Assembly (NCBI RefSeq): GCF_020969955.1
Contig: NZ_JAHDSX010000003.1
Span: 79,470 to 111,469 of the forward strand
Origin: Allobaculum fili
GTDB taxonomy: Bacteria > Bacillota_I > Bacilli_A > Erysipelotrichales > Erysipelotrichaceae
DNA: 32,000 nucleotides
Direction of reading: 5' to 3'
This document shows, piece after piece, positions 15,274-24,009 of this stretch (positions are counted from its first letter, which is position 1; every line of letters begins with the position of its first letter). The translations under genes were made by a program, and so were the position numbers. The notes below the pieces were generated by a model. It ran no database searches, was not told the origin of the DNA, and saw only the letters and a program-made list of their open reading frames with translations.

Positions 15274-16422
15274 ATGCCCATTTCCGACAACAAAACAATC
15301 ATTCGACTCGATTCCCAATTTTTCCCGGACGCTCAGTTTCGAAAAGCCGTCTGCAAGCAGTGCAAGCTGAAGGAAGGCGATGTTCTGAGTCTCGATATTC
15401 TTTCCCGGATCGAAAACCTCGACCTCTCCTCCCTTTTTATTGACAGTCTGGAAGGCATTGAACATTTCCGCTATCTCAAAAAGCTCGACGTCAGCCTCAA
15501 TTTTTTGAAAGCGCTCGATATTTCCAGCCTCGTTTATCTGGAAAATCTCAACTGCGATGGCAATTACCTCACCGAGCTCACCCTCGGTTCACATGAACAC
15601 CTGCGCAAGCTTTCCTGCCGGGAAAACCGGTTAACCTCTCTGAACTTAAGTGAAGTGCCGGCGCTCACGTCTTTATCGTGTCAGGAAAACCGCCTGCGCG
15701 GACTGGATCTGCGTGCCTGCCCCAACATTGAAAAAGTCCGCGTGTACGCCAATCCGCTGCGTCAGCTTTTCGTCGATGGATGCTCCCGTCTGCGCAAGCT
15801 CGACTGCCGCTGCGGCCGTCTGCAGTCTCTCGTATTCAAATCCAGCCCCGCATTAAAAGAACTCTTCTGCTCCGAAAACCTTCTGACGGAACTCGATGTA
15901 AAAAGCTGTCTGAATCTGCAGGTTCTCGACTGCTCCAGCAACCTTCTTTCTTCTCTGGATCCAGGCAACCTCGAAAACCTTACCGAATTCAACTGTTCCG
16001 ATAATCAGCTCAAGGAGCTGACCGTTTACCCATGGCAGGATCTCATCGATTTTGACTGCTCGAACAACCAGCTTCATGAACTGGAAATTGTTACCTTTGA
16101 AGAACTCGAAAAAATCGACTGCTCCAGCAACGATCTCGAAAAGCTGACCGTAAACGACTGTCCCTGGCTCATGTACCTCAAATGCCAGCACAATCATCTG
16201 AAGACGCTGAACATTCTCGACTGCCCGGATCTCGCCCATCTCAACTGCTCCGATAACCAGATTACGCAGCTGAACATTAACGACTGCATTTCTCTGGTCA
16301 GTCTCAACGCCTCCAGAAACGACCTTAAGGAAATTGATCTGCGGGAGTGCGAACAGCTTTCCCACGTCAACGCCGATCATAACGTCCGCGTTTACGCGAA
16401 AGACATTCCGTTAAACAGCTGA
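15274..16422 (+). CDS. Leucine-rich repeat protein, about 14-15 repeats of 21-22 residues, no signal peptide
   Basis: GGAG lies 8 nt upstream of the ATG. The N-terminal cap FFPDAQFRKAVCKQ is followed by regular LxxLxCxxNxLxxLxxxxCxx units (LRKLSCRENRLTSLNL, LTSLSCQENRLRGLDL, LQVLDCSSNLLSSLD, LIDFDCSNNQLHELE, LAHLNCSDNQITQLN and others). The first 40 aa contain no hydrophobic leader. Confidence 0.85.
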   Translation: MPISDNKTIIRLDSQFFPDAQFRKAVCKQCKLKEGDVLSLDILSRIENLDLSSLFIDSLEGIEHFRYLKKLDVSLNFLKALDISSLVYLENLNCDGNYLTELTLGSHEHLRKLSCRENRLTSLNLSEVPALTSLSCQENRLRGLDLRACPNIEKVRVYANPLRQLFVDGCSRLRKLDCRCGRLQSLVFKSSPALKELFCSENLLTELDVKSCLNLQVLDCSSNLLSSLDPGNLENLTEFNCSDNQLKELTVYPWQDLIDFDCSNNQLHELEIVTFEELEKIDCSSNDLEKLTVNDCPWLMYLKCQHNHLKTLNILDCPDLAHLNCSDNQITQLNINDCISLVSLNASRNDLKEIDLRECEQLSHVNADHNVRVYAKDIPLNS

Positions 16423-16462
16423 AGATCGTTTCATTCTTTCCATAAATCTATAAATCCGCTGC

Positions 16463-16495
16463 GGGGATCATTTATTCGATGATCCCCGTTTTTCT
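16463..16495 (+). terminator. Intrinsic terminator after the LRR gene
   Basis: Hairpin GGGGATCAT-loop-ATGATCCCC followed by GTTTTTCTC. Confidence 0.7.
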
Positions 16496-16577
16496 CTGCT
16501 TCTGAAAAGGGCGGACTTTTTTCTTCTGCTCAGTTTTTCAACGATTTTGACGAAAGACGATAGACGAAAGACGATAT

Positions 16578-16622
16578 AAGAAAAGCGAGGCAACTTACTT
16601 AGAAGATCCTCGCAGTTTTTTT
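16578..16622. terminator. Bidirectional terminator, mainly serving the nagA / transaldolase-like operon on the minus strand
   Basis: Hairpin GCGAGG-N17-CCTCGC. It has AGTTTTTTT on the plus side and TTTTCTTAT on the minus side. Confidence 0.55.
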
Positions 16623-16676
16623 ATGAATTCTCGCTTTTTAGAGCGGGCTTCTATCTGGTTTTGCTTAATAATCGGA

Positions 16677-17393
16677 TCAGCCGAGATTTTCCTCTTCGTC
16701 ATCGCTGGATTGGTCATCATCCAGAACTTCCATGCGGGCATAGGTGACGATCCATTCATCTCTGGCTGCCACGGATTCGGACTTGGTCAGAGGCGAATAC
16801 AGCATCTGATCGAAGACGCTTTTCGGAGCGCAGATATTCTGGGCGCCGGCCTGAATGGCCATATGGAACTGACTGGAATCGGAAACGACGACCAGAACGC
16901 GATCAGGATCATAGTCTTCGTTGGGCGAATAGGCACCAGCCGTATTGAGGACGTCTTCAACGAGGCCTTCAATTGGTGCAAAGCGGGAAATCTTTTCAAG
17001 ATCCAGAATGGTCAGCCACGCCTGGTTATGCATGGAGGCCATCGCCTGTTCGAGGGTAAAGATTCGGCCGCAGGCTGTCGGAATATGAAGCGTATGCGCG
17101 GCTTTGAGGGTCATGTAGCCCTGGGAATCCGCAGTGACCACGGGAATCAGACGCGGTGAGAATGCCTGCAGGTGTCTTCCCTCTTCAAGAATGCTGCGGA
17201 AGCTGGGAGCGATTGAATAGAGCAGGATATTCTGGCTTTCGCTCATGACTTCAAGAAGCGAATTCAGCGTCTCCTTGACGTTTTTATTCGATCTTGAAAA
17301 ATCCATGGGTTCGGTATAGACACCGCTCAGGGTAATCGCCTGATTGACTTCGAGAAATTCAGCGGGATCGATGGTCTGCAGGTAATACTTCAC
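16677..17393 (-). CDS. Transaldolase / fructose-6-phosphate aldolase-fold protein with substituted catalytic residues and an acidic tail
   Basis: 238 aa with a GTG start that shares 1 nt with the nagA stop codon. It is collinear with type 3B transaldolase/FSA as I remember them. [30 protein letters not shown] aligns with [54 protein letters not shown] aligns with [24 protein letters not shown]. Confidence 0.7.
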   Translation of the reverse strand: [238 protein letters not shown]

Positions 17394-18529
17394 TAGAATG
17401 CCTTCTTTCCTTTGGTGTAGGTCATGACTACGTCGTAGTTCGGATCGAGAACGACGAGGTCAGCGTCCTTTCCGGCCTGGATGGAGCCTTTGCGATCGTT
17501 GACGCCAAGCAGAGTAGCCGGGTTGATCGTTACGGAGTTGATGGCGGAAAGCCATGGAACCCCGGCTTCTTCAAGAACTTTCAGACCTTTGTTTACGTTC
17601 AGTGTGGAACCGGCAAGTCCGCCTGTGGATGTCAGGTGAGCGGATCCGTCCGGCATCAGTTCGATTTCGTTTCCGCCAAAGAGAACCTTAGTTCCAGTCG
17701 GCAGAGATTTAACCATCAGGGAGTCAGTAACCATGATGGCGAAGTTTGGACCTTTGGCTTTGTAGAAGTCGAAGATCGCTTCTTTTGTGGAATGGTTTCC
17801 GTCACAGATCAGTTCGCCGTATACGTCACTGAAGCGGAACGCTGCACCGACCAGTCCTGGTTCTCTGTGATGGAATTTGGTCATGCCGTTGTAGACATGC
17901 GTCATGGACATCGCGCCGTTGGCTACGCCAAGCAGTGCCTGTTCATAGGTGGCTCCGGAGTGACCCTGGCTGACTACAATGCCGTGATCCACGCAGAAGT
18001 GAGTCAGTTCATAGTCGCAGTCATGTTCGGTGGCCATGGTGATCAGCTTGATCAGATGATCGGAAGCTTCGTAGTAGCGCTTGAACTGTTCTACGTCCGG
18101 TTTTACGCAGTATTGTTCCGGCTGAGCGCCCTTATACACCTGATCAAGGTACGGACCTTCGAAATGGATACCGAGAATTTCAGCGCCTTCGTAGCCTTCG
18201 CGTACGACTTTGGCGACGTTCTTAACCGCAGCCGTCAGAACTTCTTCAGACTGGGTGATGGTTGTCGGCAGGATGCCGGTAACGCCTTCGCGAACGATGT
18301 TCTTCATCCAGTTGCGCAGGCCTTCTTCCGTAGCGTCATTGGTGTCCCATCCATAGGCGCCATGGGTATGCTGATCGATGAAGCCAGGAACGATGCGCAG
18401 ATCGCCATAGTCTTCGTCAACAGGCAGGGTTTCGTAAGGGAGAATCGCTTCAATCTTTTCGCCATTCGTCTTGATCTGGCATGGCATGAAAGTATCAACG
18501 ACCCATACTCTACGGCTTTGAATAATCAT
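17393..18529 (-). CDS. nagA: N-acetylglucosamine-6-phosphate deacetylase
   Basis: 378 aa amidohydrolase. It carries GFIDQHTHG (HxH metal site) and the typical NagA layout (GILPTT, HFEGPY, SQGHSGATY, THVYNGM). Confidence 0.9.
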   Translation of the reverse strand: MIIQSRRVWVVDTFMPCQIKTNGEKIEAILPYETLPVDEDYGDLRIVPGFIDQHTHGAYGWDTNDATEEGLRNWMKNIVREGVTGILPTTITQSEEVLTAAVKNVAKVVREGYEGAEILGIHFEGPYLDQVYKGAQPEQYCVKPDVEQFKRYYEASDHLIKLITMATEHDCDYELTHFCVDHGIVVSQGHSGATYEQALLGVANGAMSMTHVYNGMTKFHHREPGLVGAAFRFSDVYGELICDGNHSTKEAIFDFYKAKGPNFAIMVTDSLMVKSLPTGTKVLFGGNEIELMPDGSAHLTSTGGLAGSTLNVNKGLKVLEEAGVPWLSAINSVTINPATLLGVNDRKGSIQAGKDADLVVLDPNYDVVMTYTKGKKAF

Positions 18530-18575
18530 AAAATGTTTCCTCCGTGATCCAGTTCTGCTGGATCCTTGTATGGGT

Positions 18576-18599
18576 CAAAAGGCAGTCGTCCGGCTGCCC
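18576..18599 (-). terminator. Terminator-like hairpin between yitT-family gene and nagA (terminator or attenuator)
   Basis: On the minus strand the hairpin is GGCAG-N8-CTGCC followed by TTTTGACCC. It lies about 120 nt after the YitT stop and about 45 nt before the nagA ATG. Confidence 0.4.
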
Positions 18600-18716
18600 T
18601 TTGACAATGATCACCATTTATTTTATCCAGTTTCTGCCCTTGTAAATGTTAATAATTACAAATTTGTCAAAAACGATAAACAAGCATTTGATTCGCTACA
18701 GCTTTCAAAAACAGGA

Positions 18717-19658
18717 TTATTCCATTAACCGGCGTTCGTAATTTCCAAGGGCTGCCTTGGTCCGGTTGAGCAGAAGGAAAGCTTTCGGATCGTATTCCTG
18801 AATCAGCTTTTTCATGTAACGGACTTCGTAGCGGTTCATGACGCAGAGAAGAATTTCCTTGTCGTCGCCGGTATAGGCGCCGTTGCCTTTCCACCAGGTT
18901 ACGCCGCGGTGGATTCGATCGAGAATAACGTGTTTCAGTTCGGGGTTCGAGGTAATGATCATAGCTGTCATCGAAATGTTCTGCAGGTGTACCTGGTCGC
19001 TGACAAAGTACATGATGACGATGAACAGCGTGGAATACAGAGCGTTTTCCAGACCGTAGATCGAAATGGCGAACAGTTCAACGAACGCGTTAACGATGTA
19101 GGAAATCTTGCCGACGGAGAATCCGGGTTTGGTTACCGAGAAATAGACGCCGAGAATATCCAGACCGCCTGCGCTGCCCGCAGACTGCAGGCAAAGACCG
19201 ATGCCAAGACCGCCAAGGATCGCACCAAAGATAACGTTGGTGAGCGGATCCGCGAAGATCGGGGTTGTTGGAACGCTTAAGAAAGAAAGCAGAGTCGACT
19301 GAATCAGAATGGAAAGAATCGTTTTGAAAAGGAAGCTCTTGCTTAAGGCTTTCCAGGCCAGGATGAACAGCGGGATGTTCATCAGGGTGTTAAAAAGACC
19401 GGACAGCTTTACGGAACCGCAGATTATCTGCGAAGCGATCTGGGCGATACCGATCAGGCCGCCCGTATTGAATTTCCAGGGGGAAATAAAGACGTTGACG
19501 CCAATTGGAAAAAGAATGCTGCCGACGATCAGCAGAAAATACTGATACGCTTTGTGCTTTGTAAATATCTTTTTCTTTTTGGGTTCAAGATGTTTTGCAT
19601 CTTTTGGCATAACAGGATCGGACTGCAGCGTGCCGTTTTGGTTGGGGGATGAATTCAC
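18717..19658 (-). CDS. YitT-family membrane protein (DUF161 repeats plus C-terminal DUF2179)
   Basis: 313 aa with a GTG start and AGAGG 9 nt upstream. It is a multi-pass membrane protein (FLLIVGSILFPIGVNVFISPWKFNTGGLIGIAQI, GSAGGLDILG). The C-terminal soluble domain reads ITSNPELKHVILDRIHRGVTWWKGNGAYTGDDKEILLCVMNRYE. Confidence 0.85.
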   Translation of the reverse strand: MNSSPNQNGTLQSDPVMPKDAKHLEPKKKKIFTKHKAYQYFLLIVGSILFPIGVNVFISPWKFNTGGLIGIAQIASQIICGSVKLSGLFNTLMNIPLFILAWKALSKSFLFKTILSILIQSTLLSFLSVPTTPIFADPLTNVIFGAILGGLGIGLCLQSAGSAGGLDILGVYFSVTKPGFSVGKISYIVNAFVELFAISIYGLENALYSTLFIVIMYFVSDQVHLQNISMTAMIITSNPELKHVILDRIHRGVTWWKGNGAYTGDDKEILLCVMNRYEVRYMKKLIQEYDPKAFLLLNRTKAALGNYERRLME

Positions 19659-19887
19659 GTTGGTATACCTCTGTTTCTTTTCTTATCGACAGAATTTTTC
19701 TTGTTTGTTACCAGACCAAGACCGTCTCCTGTCTCTGACGGTTTTTCGTTTCGATTTTTGGGGCGTTCTGGGAACCCATCGTCTGTGCATGGATGAAATC
19801 CTCAGAACTGCACAAAACCAAAACGAAGGCAGGAATCATAAATTCCTTGTTCAGTTAAGCAACTCATCTTATTTAATAAGTATTTAA

Positions 19888-19916
19888 ATCTTAAGTCAGG
19901 GTTTTGGCTCTTTCAA
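19888..19916 (-). promoter_or_regulatory. Candidate sigma-70-type promoter for the YitT-family gene
   Basis: Minus strand TTGAAA-17 nt-TAAGAT in an AT-rich patch. It would give a leader of about 230 nt. Confidence 0.3.
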
Positions 19917-20323
19917 ACGGGCTGACCCTCTAACCGCGCCGCTCGTTTTCTGACCAAAAAGGCGATGTCTTTGGGGGAAAGGACTAGTCGTTCAAACATT
20001 GGACGCGTTTTCGTCCGTCTGTATTTTGCAATGGAAAAGCCTGTATTCTGACGTGCTTTTTGGAAGCGAACCAGCTCAGCTTCGGGTTTTTTTGTACTCT
20101 CCTCTTCCTTCGGTTTTTTGAGAAAGCCTTCCATATTCGAATGGCTTGCTCAGAAAAGAAGAAAAAGATCGTTCTGAATTTCCGCCTTCTGACGTCCGTT
20201 CACTCACTGCAACTGGAAAGCTTGCCGGAGGGGTTCGCCGGCTGTTCTGAATCTTTTCTGAGCAGTCTGTATGCGGTTTGTGACGCACCTCAAAACCGCC
20301 GGCTGTCCAGATTTTCTCGCGTT

Positions 20324-21787
20324 TTACGCCTTTGCTGGATCGTCTTCCGTTTTGCCGCCTTTTAAAATGGCGGAACCCGGCAGAAGCCGAAGGCCTTTGG
20401 GAAGCTTGTTGGTAATACGGCCGGCTGAGCTTTTTCCAAAGCCGTAAGGAATGCCCTGATAGCACAGCGCGCGAAAGCCGGCAGGCGCCTGAAGCGGAAG
20501 CTGCTGACCATGGTAATATGCATCCATTTCTTCGAGCAAGGTTTCCGTTTTCGTTTTCAGATGACGGGCGGCCGTTTCACTCAGATAAAAGGCGAAATCC
20601 GGTTCAAAGCGTTTGCGCAGCACGCTGCCGATTAAAACGCCCTGACGAATCACCTTTCCCTTTTTCAGATTCAGAAACGGATGATTCATCCCAAAGACCA
20701 GACTTTCGTCTTTTCGCTCGATCACGTGATAAAACGAATAGCCGCATACGCCGCGCTCATCGGCTTCTAGCTGTTCATCCAGAAAGGAAGCGGCTTCCTT
20801 AGGCAGCTTGTCTGCAGAGAGCCAGAGGCCCTTTGACCCTTTCCCCTTTTTTCGAGAGCTGCTGACTGGTTCAGCACTTTCTTCGGACTCGCCCGTTTTC
20901 ATAAAGCGCGCCATAAAGTGGCCTTCCCCGCCATCCATGGGAAAGACGCGGCGAACCAGAGCGGCTTTCGAAGCATCCAGTCCATTTGTCGCAAAGCCTT
21001 CTCTTCCCCAGATCACATCGACCGGAAGAAGTTTTGCATCTTCAAACGTGGAAAGAAGCCAGGCGACATTCCCCTCGTTTTCCTCTGGCGCATACGTGCA
21101 GGTGGAATAGACGAGTTCGCCGCCAGGTTTAAGCGCCTTCCAGGCTTCTTTCAGGATGTCCTTCTGTCTGGCCGCGCAAAGCAGAACGTTTTCGATCGAC
21201 CAGTCGTCGCGGGCGATTTCATGCTTTTTCATCATGCCCTCGCCCGAGCACGGCGCATCGACCAGAACTTTGTCAAACAGACCTTCCGTCTGCGAGCAGA
21301 TCGACGGACTGTCCATATTGGTCACACAGACGTTTTCCGCGCCCATGCGTTCCAGATTGCCAGCCAGAATCTGCGCTCGTTTCGGATCGATCTCATTGGA
21401 AACGAGAAATCCGTTCCTGCCAAGTTTCTCCGCGATCTGCGTGCTCTTGCTTCCGGGCGCGGCGCACAAATCGAGAACGGTATCGTCCGGCTGCACATTC
21501 AAAATGGAAACGGCACCGGAAGCGGACGGTTCCTGCAGGTAAATCAGCCCCTGCAAGTGTTCCGGCGTTAGTCCCGCTTTCTGATGGATGTACCAGGTAT
21601 GATCCGCAAACGGCGACACCTCCGAAAGAAACGGCAGATTTTTCCGGGTGATCTGTGGATCCTGCTTGGAGGAACTGATGCGAAGTCCCTGATAAAGCGG
21701 AGTCGAAAGACTGTTCTGGTAGGCATCAAATTCGTCACCCAGTAAAGTTCGCATTCGTTTTTCATATAAGGATTCAAGCTGTTCCAT
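20324..21787 (-). CDS. rsmF: RsmB/RsmF-type (NOL1/NOP2/Sun) RNA cytosine-C5 methyltransferase with C-terminal PUA-like extension
   Basis: Track ORF 20324..21814. I prefer ATG 21787 (MEQLESLYEKR), which follows AAAGGAGAG. It carries the SAM-binding motif DLCAAPGSKSTQIA and the catalytic cysteines in DAPCSGEGMM and LVYSTCTYAPEENE. Confidence 0.8.
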   Translation of the reverse strand: MEQLESLYEKRMRTLLGDEFDAYQNSLSTPLYQGLRISSSKQDPQITRKNLPFLSEVSPFADHTWYIHQKAGLTPEHLQGLIYLQEPSASGAVSILNVQPDDTVLDLCAAPGSKSTQIAEKLGRNGFLVSNEIDPKRAQILAGNLERMGAENVCVTNMDSPSICSQTEGLFDKVLVDAPCSGEGMMKKHEIARDDWSIENVLLCAARQKDILKEAWKALKPGGELVYSTCTYAPEENEGNVAWLLSTFEDAKLLPVDVIWGREGFATNGLDASKAALVRRVFPMDGGEGHFMARFMKTGESEESAEPVSSSRKKGKGSKGLWLSADKLPKEAASFLDEQLEADERGVCGYSFYHVIERKDESLVFGMNHPFLNLKKGKVIRQGVLIGSVLRKRFEPDFAFYLSETAARHLKTKTETLLEEMDAYYHGQQLPLQAPAGFRALCYQGIPYGFGKSSAGRITNKLPKGLRLLPGSAILKGGKTEDDPAKA

Positions 21788-22074
21788 AGGACGATCTCTC
21801 CTTTCCTGAAGCAATTGGACAAAAATGCGTACGGCGTATAAACCGAATACGCGCTGTATTTGTCTTCAATCCTTGAACAAAGTGAAATAAATCTTCGAGT
21901 TTGTCAAATAATTGTGAATTTACTCGAAATATGCGCGCTGCTCTTCCTGTCCTCATTGTATCGAGCCCATAGCTTCGTTCATTTTAAATGACTTTTTATC
22001 TTTTAAACGACAAGAAAGGCCTTCGTTTTCAGATGGCCTCCGTGTTCAGATTTCTGACAGTCTATAGATTTCCT

Positions 22075-23838
22075 TTAGCGGGAAAAATACTGTTCCGGCC
22101 GGACGCGGCAGGCGTATCTGGAGCACGTCGCCGGTGCGTTCCAGCCGCAGCCAAACGCAAAATCCGCCGTAGAGGAAAAGTAAGACGCGACGTCTTCAAA
22201 CGAGCTTTTGATTCGAAACAGCTCGATATGGGTATGCGGACCGGTGGAATTTCCCGTATTGCCCGATTTGGCCAGAAGGTCTCCCTGACGGACCTGCTGA
22301 CCGGCACGAACGTAAAGGTTCGATGAGAGGTGGGCAAAGGTAATTCCAAAAAGACCGTCTTCGGTGATCCCGATCATACAGAGCGAATTCCCCGCTCCGG
22401 CTGGATAGCCTATCCAGTTTCCCAGATACCCGCCGCTGTCTCCCACAGGGGCATTGGCGTACACAATCACGCCGTCGGTCGGCGCATAAATTGGCGTATA
22501 CATATTCAAAGCCAGATCCATGCCCAGATGCATCTGTCCAGAAGGATACGCCCAGGTCCCGGCAGAGATTACGCCTTTGGCAGGCATTTGAAGGCGAAGG
22601 CTGTCGCCATGGTCTTTGAGAAATTCATCTTCATAGTCGTAAGCCGGGCAGGCTCTGGAAAATCCGCCCTCCATATTTTTTTGACTCTGGGCAGACGCAG
22701 CAGACGGCTCCAGCACAGGCTGTGCTTTCTTATGGGGAACTGCCTCGTTTTCTCTGGCGAGCGGAACAGAAGAATTTGGAAGACTCCATCCAGCCATTCC
22801 TCCAGATCCGTCGATCGGAGTCTTTAGTCTGCTCGGATCAAAGTCGTCTTTGTATTGGCGGGGAGCTTTCTCTCGGCTTTCGGTCTGGTCTGTTTGAGAT
22901 GATTCGGCTGCTGGATCCGGCAGCAAAGCGGAAGATGAAGAGGACTCGAGCTGCGGCTCGTTTAAATCGCCTGCATCGTTCCGTTCACCAGAAGATGCTT
23001 CTCGCTTCGTTATAGAGACCGAATTATTCGAAATGGAAACCTGTTCGTCTAAAACAGAAGGACGCGAAGCCGGAAGCTGAATCTGACTGCCTGCCGTATG
23101 AAGCAGAGCTTCCTCTATCGCTTCTTCATGATTTTCCGGCTGCGCAGGTGCGAGGCGTTCCTGTAAAGACTGAAACAGACGATCCAGCCTGCGCAGACGG
23201 ATCGTCTGCTCACGCATTTCGTTCTGGATGTTTTCCAGACGGTTCTGTTCTTCCTGTCGGCGATTGAGCGCCTGTACTTTCTTTTCGATCCGTTTCAGCC
23301 CTTCCTCATTTCGCCGCAGTTTTTCAAAAAGGTCTTCACGCAAACCGCGCAAAAGACGCAGAACCAGCTGAGAAGGCAGATCGAAATCTTCGGAAGCGAG
23401 AGAATTCTCTGCTTCTGCATTTTTTGCGGGACCCTCCGATGGATTATTCAATGGGTCCTCATCCGGATTGCCTGCAGTTTCTAATTGTTCGGAGTTCAAG
23501 GCGAAGCTTTTTTCCAGAGAAGATCCTAGGGCGGAGCAGTTTTGATCTGTCGCAAGAGATTGAGCGGCTGTCAAAAACGGCCGGCTGACCGCTTCTTTTG
23601 GCAGCCATTCTCCGCACGGACCAAGGCTGATGGCCCCAGCCATCAGAAGGCAGATTTCTTTTTTCCGAAACGCCTGCAGAAAAATCGGTCCAGATACAGG
23701 AGCTGGGTTCCGGATTTTCTGTTTTGAAACCGTCTTGGAGCGTCTGGAAAGAAAATTGTTCAGGCTGGAGTTCCTGTATCTCTTATATCTCTTAAAAATG
23801 GATCGCTTTGGATGCGACTTATGGATTCGTGTTTTCAT
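22075..23838 (-). CDS. M23 family metallopeptidase with N-terminal region and coiled coil
   Basis: The C-terminal domain carries the M23 motifs HLGMD (HxxxD) and GPHTHIE (HxH) plus GNTGNSTG. The central region is coiled coil (LKRIEKKVQALNRRQEEQNRLENIQNEMREQ). The start codon is uncertain because ATG 23838 has no clear SD. Confidence 0.75.
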   Translation of the reverse strand: MKTRIHKSHPKRSIFKRYKRYRNSSLNNFLSRRSKTVSKQKIRNPAPVSGPIFLQAFRKKEICLLMAGAISLGPCGEWLPKEAVSRPFLTAAQSLATDQNCSALGSSLEKSFALNSEQLETAGNPDEDPLNNPSEGPAKNAEAENSLASEDFDLPSQLVLRLLRGLREDLFEKLRRNEEGLKRIEKKVQALNRRQEEQNRLENIQNEMREQTIRLRRLDRLFQSLQERLAPAQPENHEEAIEEALLHTAGSQIQLPASRPSVLDEQVSISNNSVSITKREASSGERNDAGDLNEPQLESSSSSALLPDPAAESSQTDQTESREKAPRQYKDDFDPSRLKTPIDGSGGMAGWSLPNSSVPLARENEAVPHKKAQPVLEPSAASAQSQKNMEGGFSRACPAYDYEDEFLKDHGDSLRLQMPAKGVISAGTWAYPSGQMHLGMDLALNMYTPIYAPTDGVIVYANAPVGDSGGYLGNWIGYPAGAGNSLCMIGITEDGLFGITFAHLSSNLYVRAGQQVRQGDLLAKSGNTGNSTGPHTHIELFRIKSSFEDVASYFSSTADFAFGCGWNAPATCSRYACRVRPEQYFSR

Positions 23839-23884
23839 GCCCGGTTATACGAACCGCAAACCTGCACAAAATCATTTCCGACAT

Positions 23885-23919
23885 AAAGAAAAGGCAGCTC
23901 TCCGCAATGGAAAGCTGCC
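23885..23919 (-). terminator. Intrinsic terminator after tRNA-Thr
   Basis: On the minus strand the hairpin is GGCAGCT-N13-AGCTGCC followed by TTTTCTTTAT. Confidence 0.7.
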
Positions 23920-23933
23920 TGATGGTTTCAAAG

Positions 23934-24009
23934 TGGTGCCGACGATAGGACTTGAACCTACGACCTACGCGTTACGAGTGCGTTGCACTACCAGCTGTGC
24001 TACGTCGGC
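23934..24009 (-). tRNA. tRNA-Thr (anticodon CGT)
   Basis: The reverse complement folds as a 76-nt cloverleaf. Elements are acceptor GCCGACG/CGTCGGC, D stem GCAC/GTGC, anticodon loop CTCGTAA, T arm GTAGG-TTCAAGT-CCTAT, and an encoded CCA. It closely resembles the E. coli Thr-CGU tRNA as I remember it. Confidence 0.9.

Noticed and set aside
15853-16380. 175-aa minus-strand ORF and the short plus-strand ORFs inside the LRR gene.
   Set aside because: They overlap the highly periodic LRR coding frame, which is clearly the real one.
15274-16422. Periodic signal considered as a DNA-level tandem repeat or CRISPR-like array.
   Set aside because: The periodicity is at the protein level (66-nt LRR units with divergent nucleotide sequence). 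There are no conserved direct DNA repeats or spacers.
17636-18547. 303-aa plus-strand ORF.
   Set aside because: It is antisense to nagA.
19913-20134. 73-aa basic minus-strand ORF in the 665-bp gap.
   Set aside because: It has no SD and no recognisable family, and it overlaps other weak ORFs. It is kept only as part of the gap observation.
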